36,409 bases of DNA from positions 1-36,409 of IMG/VR virus record IMGVR_UViG_3300012953_000084; one strand, given 5' to 3'. This stretch comes from a virus (Duplodnaviria > Caudoviricetes). The first letter of the stretch is position 1. Every line of letters starts with the position of its first letter. The notes beneath the pieces are model-generated. The model was not told the DNA's origin, did no database searches, and was given only the letters and a program-made list of their open reading frames with translations. A program made the position numbers and the translations under genes. Below, piece by piece: positions 34,553 through 36,409 of the stretch.

Positions 34553-36319
34553 ATGGCTAATAATATAATTAAAATAAAAAGATCGACAGGGAATTCCGCG
34601 CCCTCGTCATTAAGTGCAGGGGAACTTGCATTCACAGGGGGAGCTGGAACTCAAGGCAATAATGGTCAGAGAGTATTTATTGGTGATCCTGCTAACAGTA
34701 ACGCTGTAACAGTAATTGGCGGAAATTACTTTACAAATCTTATGGATCATGTTCATGGGACTACAACCGCAAGTTCGGTACTAATAGCAGACTCTAATAA
34801 ATCTAACTCTGAATTGAGAACCGCAGCTTTATACTTAGGAACTTCTGGCTCAGATACATTAGTAACTTCTACAGCAGCAGAACTAAATAAACTAGACGGT
34901 ACTACAGCAACTGTAGCTTCTTTAACATATGGAAAAGACTTATTTGACACAGGAGTAACTGCGTCTGAATTTGATACTCTTGATGGTGTAACACTTACAA
35001 CTACAGAGCTTAATATCATAGATGGAGATACTTCAGCAACATCAACTACACTTATAGCTGCAGATAGAATCGTAACTAACGATGCAGGTGTAATGAAACA
35101 AGTTGCTTTAAGTGATTATACAACTTTCTTTTCTAGCTCACTTACAACAGTACCAAACGTAACATCTGTTGGTACTCTTACAGCATTACAAGTAGATAAC
35201 GTAAATATAAATGGAAACACAGTATCTACAACGAACACAAATGGCGACTTAACAATCGCACCAAATGGAAGTGGTAATGTTGCAATGACAACTGATACTT
35301 TATCAGTAACTGCAACAGAGGGCGAATCAGCAACCTTACTTTTATCAGCAGACGAGTCTGATGATAATGGAGACGACTGGAGCCTTGTAAACGCAACTTC
35401 TAACACTTTAACATTTAACAATGACATATCAGGTTCAAGTGTTGCACAAATAACTTTGACACCACATGCTACTGTTGCTAGTTCAACAACTGCAATAGCT
35501 GGTAATACAACAGTTGGTGGCACACTTGGTGTAACAGGCGTACTTAGTCCTACTACACACGTTGATATGCCAGATAATGCCAATGTCAAACTTGGTACTG
35601 GTGACGACTTAAAACTATATCATGACGGTACAAACTCTTATATTGAGAACGATACAGGAGCATTAAAAATTGCTACTGAAACAAGTGGTATAGCAGTAAC
35701 AGTAGGACACACAACTTCAGAAGTAACTTTTGGAGATAACGTAACAGTTACAGGTAACTTAACGGTAGCTGGTACAACTACTACTGTTAACTCAACTACT
35801 GTTTCAATCGCTGACCCAATATTTGAATTAGGGTCTTCAAGTTCAGATGATAACCTAGATCGTGGTATATCAATGAAGTACAACAGCTCTGGAGCAAAGA
35901 CAGCCTTTATGGGATTTGATGATTCTGATGGCAAGTTCGTACTTATTCCAGATGCAACAGATACAAACAGTGTTTTCACAGGCTCTATTGGTGTCTTAAA
36001 ATCTAATATTGAAACAGGAAATACAGGACTAACAGTAGGAGGTTCAACACCTTTCTCTGATGACGGTTCTGGAGCTTTGACACTTCAAAATGTAGACGCT
36101 CTTGATGCAACAACAGAAGCAACTATTGAAGCTGCAATTGATACTCTTTCAAATCTATCTAGCATTGGTACTATTAGTACTGGTGTTTGGCAAGGCACAC
36201 CAATCGGAACAGCGTATGGTGGAACAGGATTAAACGCAGTAGGAACTTCAGGTAAGATCTTAGTATCTAATGGATCAGCTCTTGCATATCAAGATATAGA
36301 TGGCGGAACATTCACATAG
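34553..36319 (+). CDS. tail fibre protein
   Basis: N-terminal IKIKRSTGNSAPSSLSAGELA; Thr/Gly-rich fibre motifs (AELNKLDG, GNLTVAGTTTTVNSTT, GVWQGTPIGTAYGGTG); C-terminal IDGGTFT. Confidence 0.85.
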   Translation: MANNIIKIKRSTGNSAPSSLSAGELAFTGGAGTQGNNGQRVFIGDPANSNAVTVIGGNYFTNLMDHVHGTTTASSVLIADSNKSNSELRTAALYLGTSGSDTLVTSTAAELNKLDGTTATVASLTYGKDLFDTGVTASEFDTLDGVTLTTTELNIIDGDTSATSTTLIAADRIVTNDAGVMKQVALSDYTTFFSSSLTTVPNVTSVGTLTALQVDNVNINGNTVSTTNTNGDLTIAPNGSGNVAMTTDTLSVTATEGESATLLLSADESDDNGDDWSLVNATSNTLTFNNDISGSSVAQITLTPHATVASSTTAIAGNTTVGGTLGVTGVLSPTTHVDMPDNANVKLGTGDDLKLYHDGTNSYIENDTGALKIATETSGIAVTVGHTTSEVTFGDNVTVTGNLTVAGTTTTVNSTTVSIADPIFELGSSSSDDNLDRGISMKYNSSGAKTAFMGFDDSDGKFVLIPDATDTNSVFTGSIGVLKSNIETGNTGLTVGGSTPFSDDGSGALTLQNVDALDATTEATIEAAIDTLSNLSSIGTISTGVWQGTPIGTAYGGTGLNAVGTSGKILVSNGSALAYQDIDGGTFT

Positions 36320-36328
36320 GGGTAACTC

Positions 36329-36409
36329 ATGGCAGATAACAAAATTAAACATAAAAGAAATGTAACTAATACTAATGACCCTGCAGCTAACGGTTTAGAT
36401 GTAGGGGAA
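36329..36409 (+). CDS. next fibre-like gene, partial (MADNKIKHKRNVTNTNDPAANGLDVGE...)
   Basis: ATG 36329 open to the window end; N-terminus resembles that of the previous fibre. Confidence 0.7.
   Translation, partial: MADNKIKHKRNVTNTNDPAANGLDVGE

Noticed and set aside
2955-35979. All minus-strand ORFs in the track (e.g. 21184-21849, 35116-35589, 13648-14253)
   Set aside because: They lie mostly or wholly antisense to well-supported + strand genes, have no recognisable motifs, and are expected shadows of codon bias
1-36409. tRNA, rRNA, introns, inteins, transposases
   Set aside because: Intergenic gaps are short and explained by promoters/terminators; TerL and portal are of normal length; no such motifs seen

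Overview
AT-rich fragment of a tailed dsDNA phage genome with all credible genes on the + strand. From ~9.9 kb on it is a siphovirus morphogenesis operon in T5-like order: terL, HNH nickase, portal, protease-major capsid fusion, head/tail completion, terminator, tail tube, tail chaperones, tape measure. A lambda-type tail tip (gpM-L-K-I-J-like), two GNAT-like paralogues and side-fibre genes follow. The most interesting part is the first 7.2 kb, one tightly overlapping operon encoding CsgF, CsgG, two secreted curlin-repeat proteins, a FecR-domain protein ending in a curlin-like strand, and an intact CHASE2-TM-class III adenylate cyclase. It looks like a phage-encoded trans-envelope curli/cAMP signalling module. 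Also seen: an IscU gene under a promoter shared with the virion genes, paired with a four-Cys gpL; six very basic micro-proteins before terL; three near-identical extended promoters; a -1 frameshift site with stimulatory hairpin; and an internal in-frame capsid start. All family calls come from motif recognition by eye; no searches were run.
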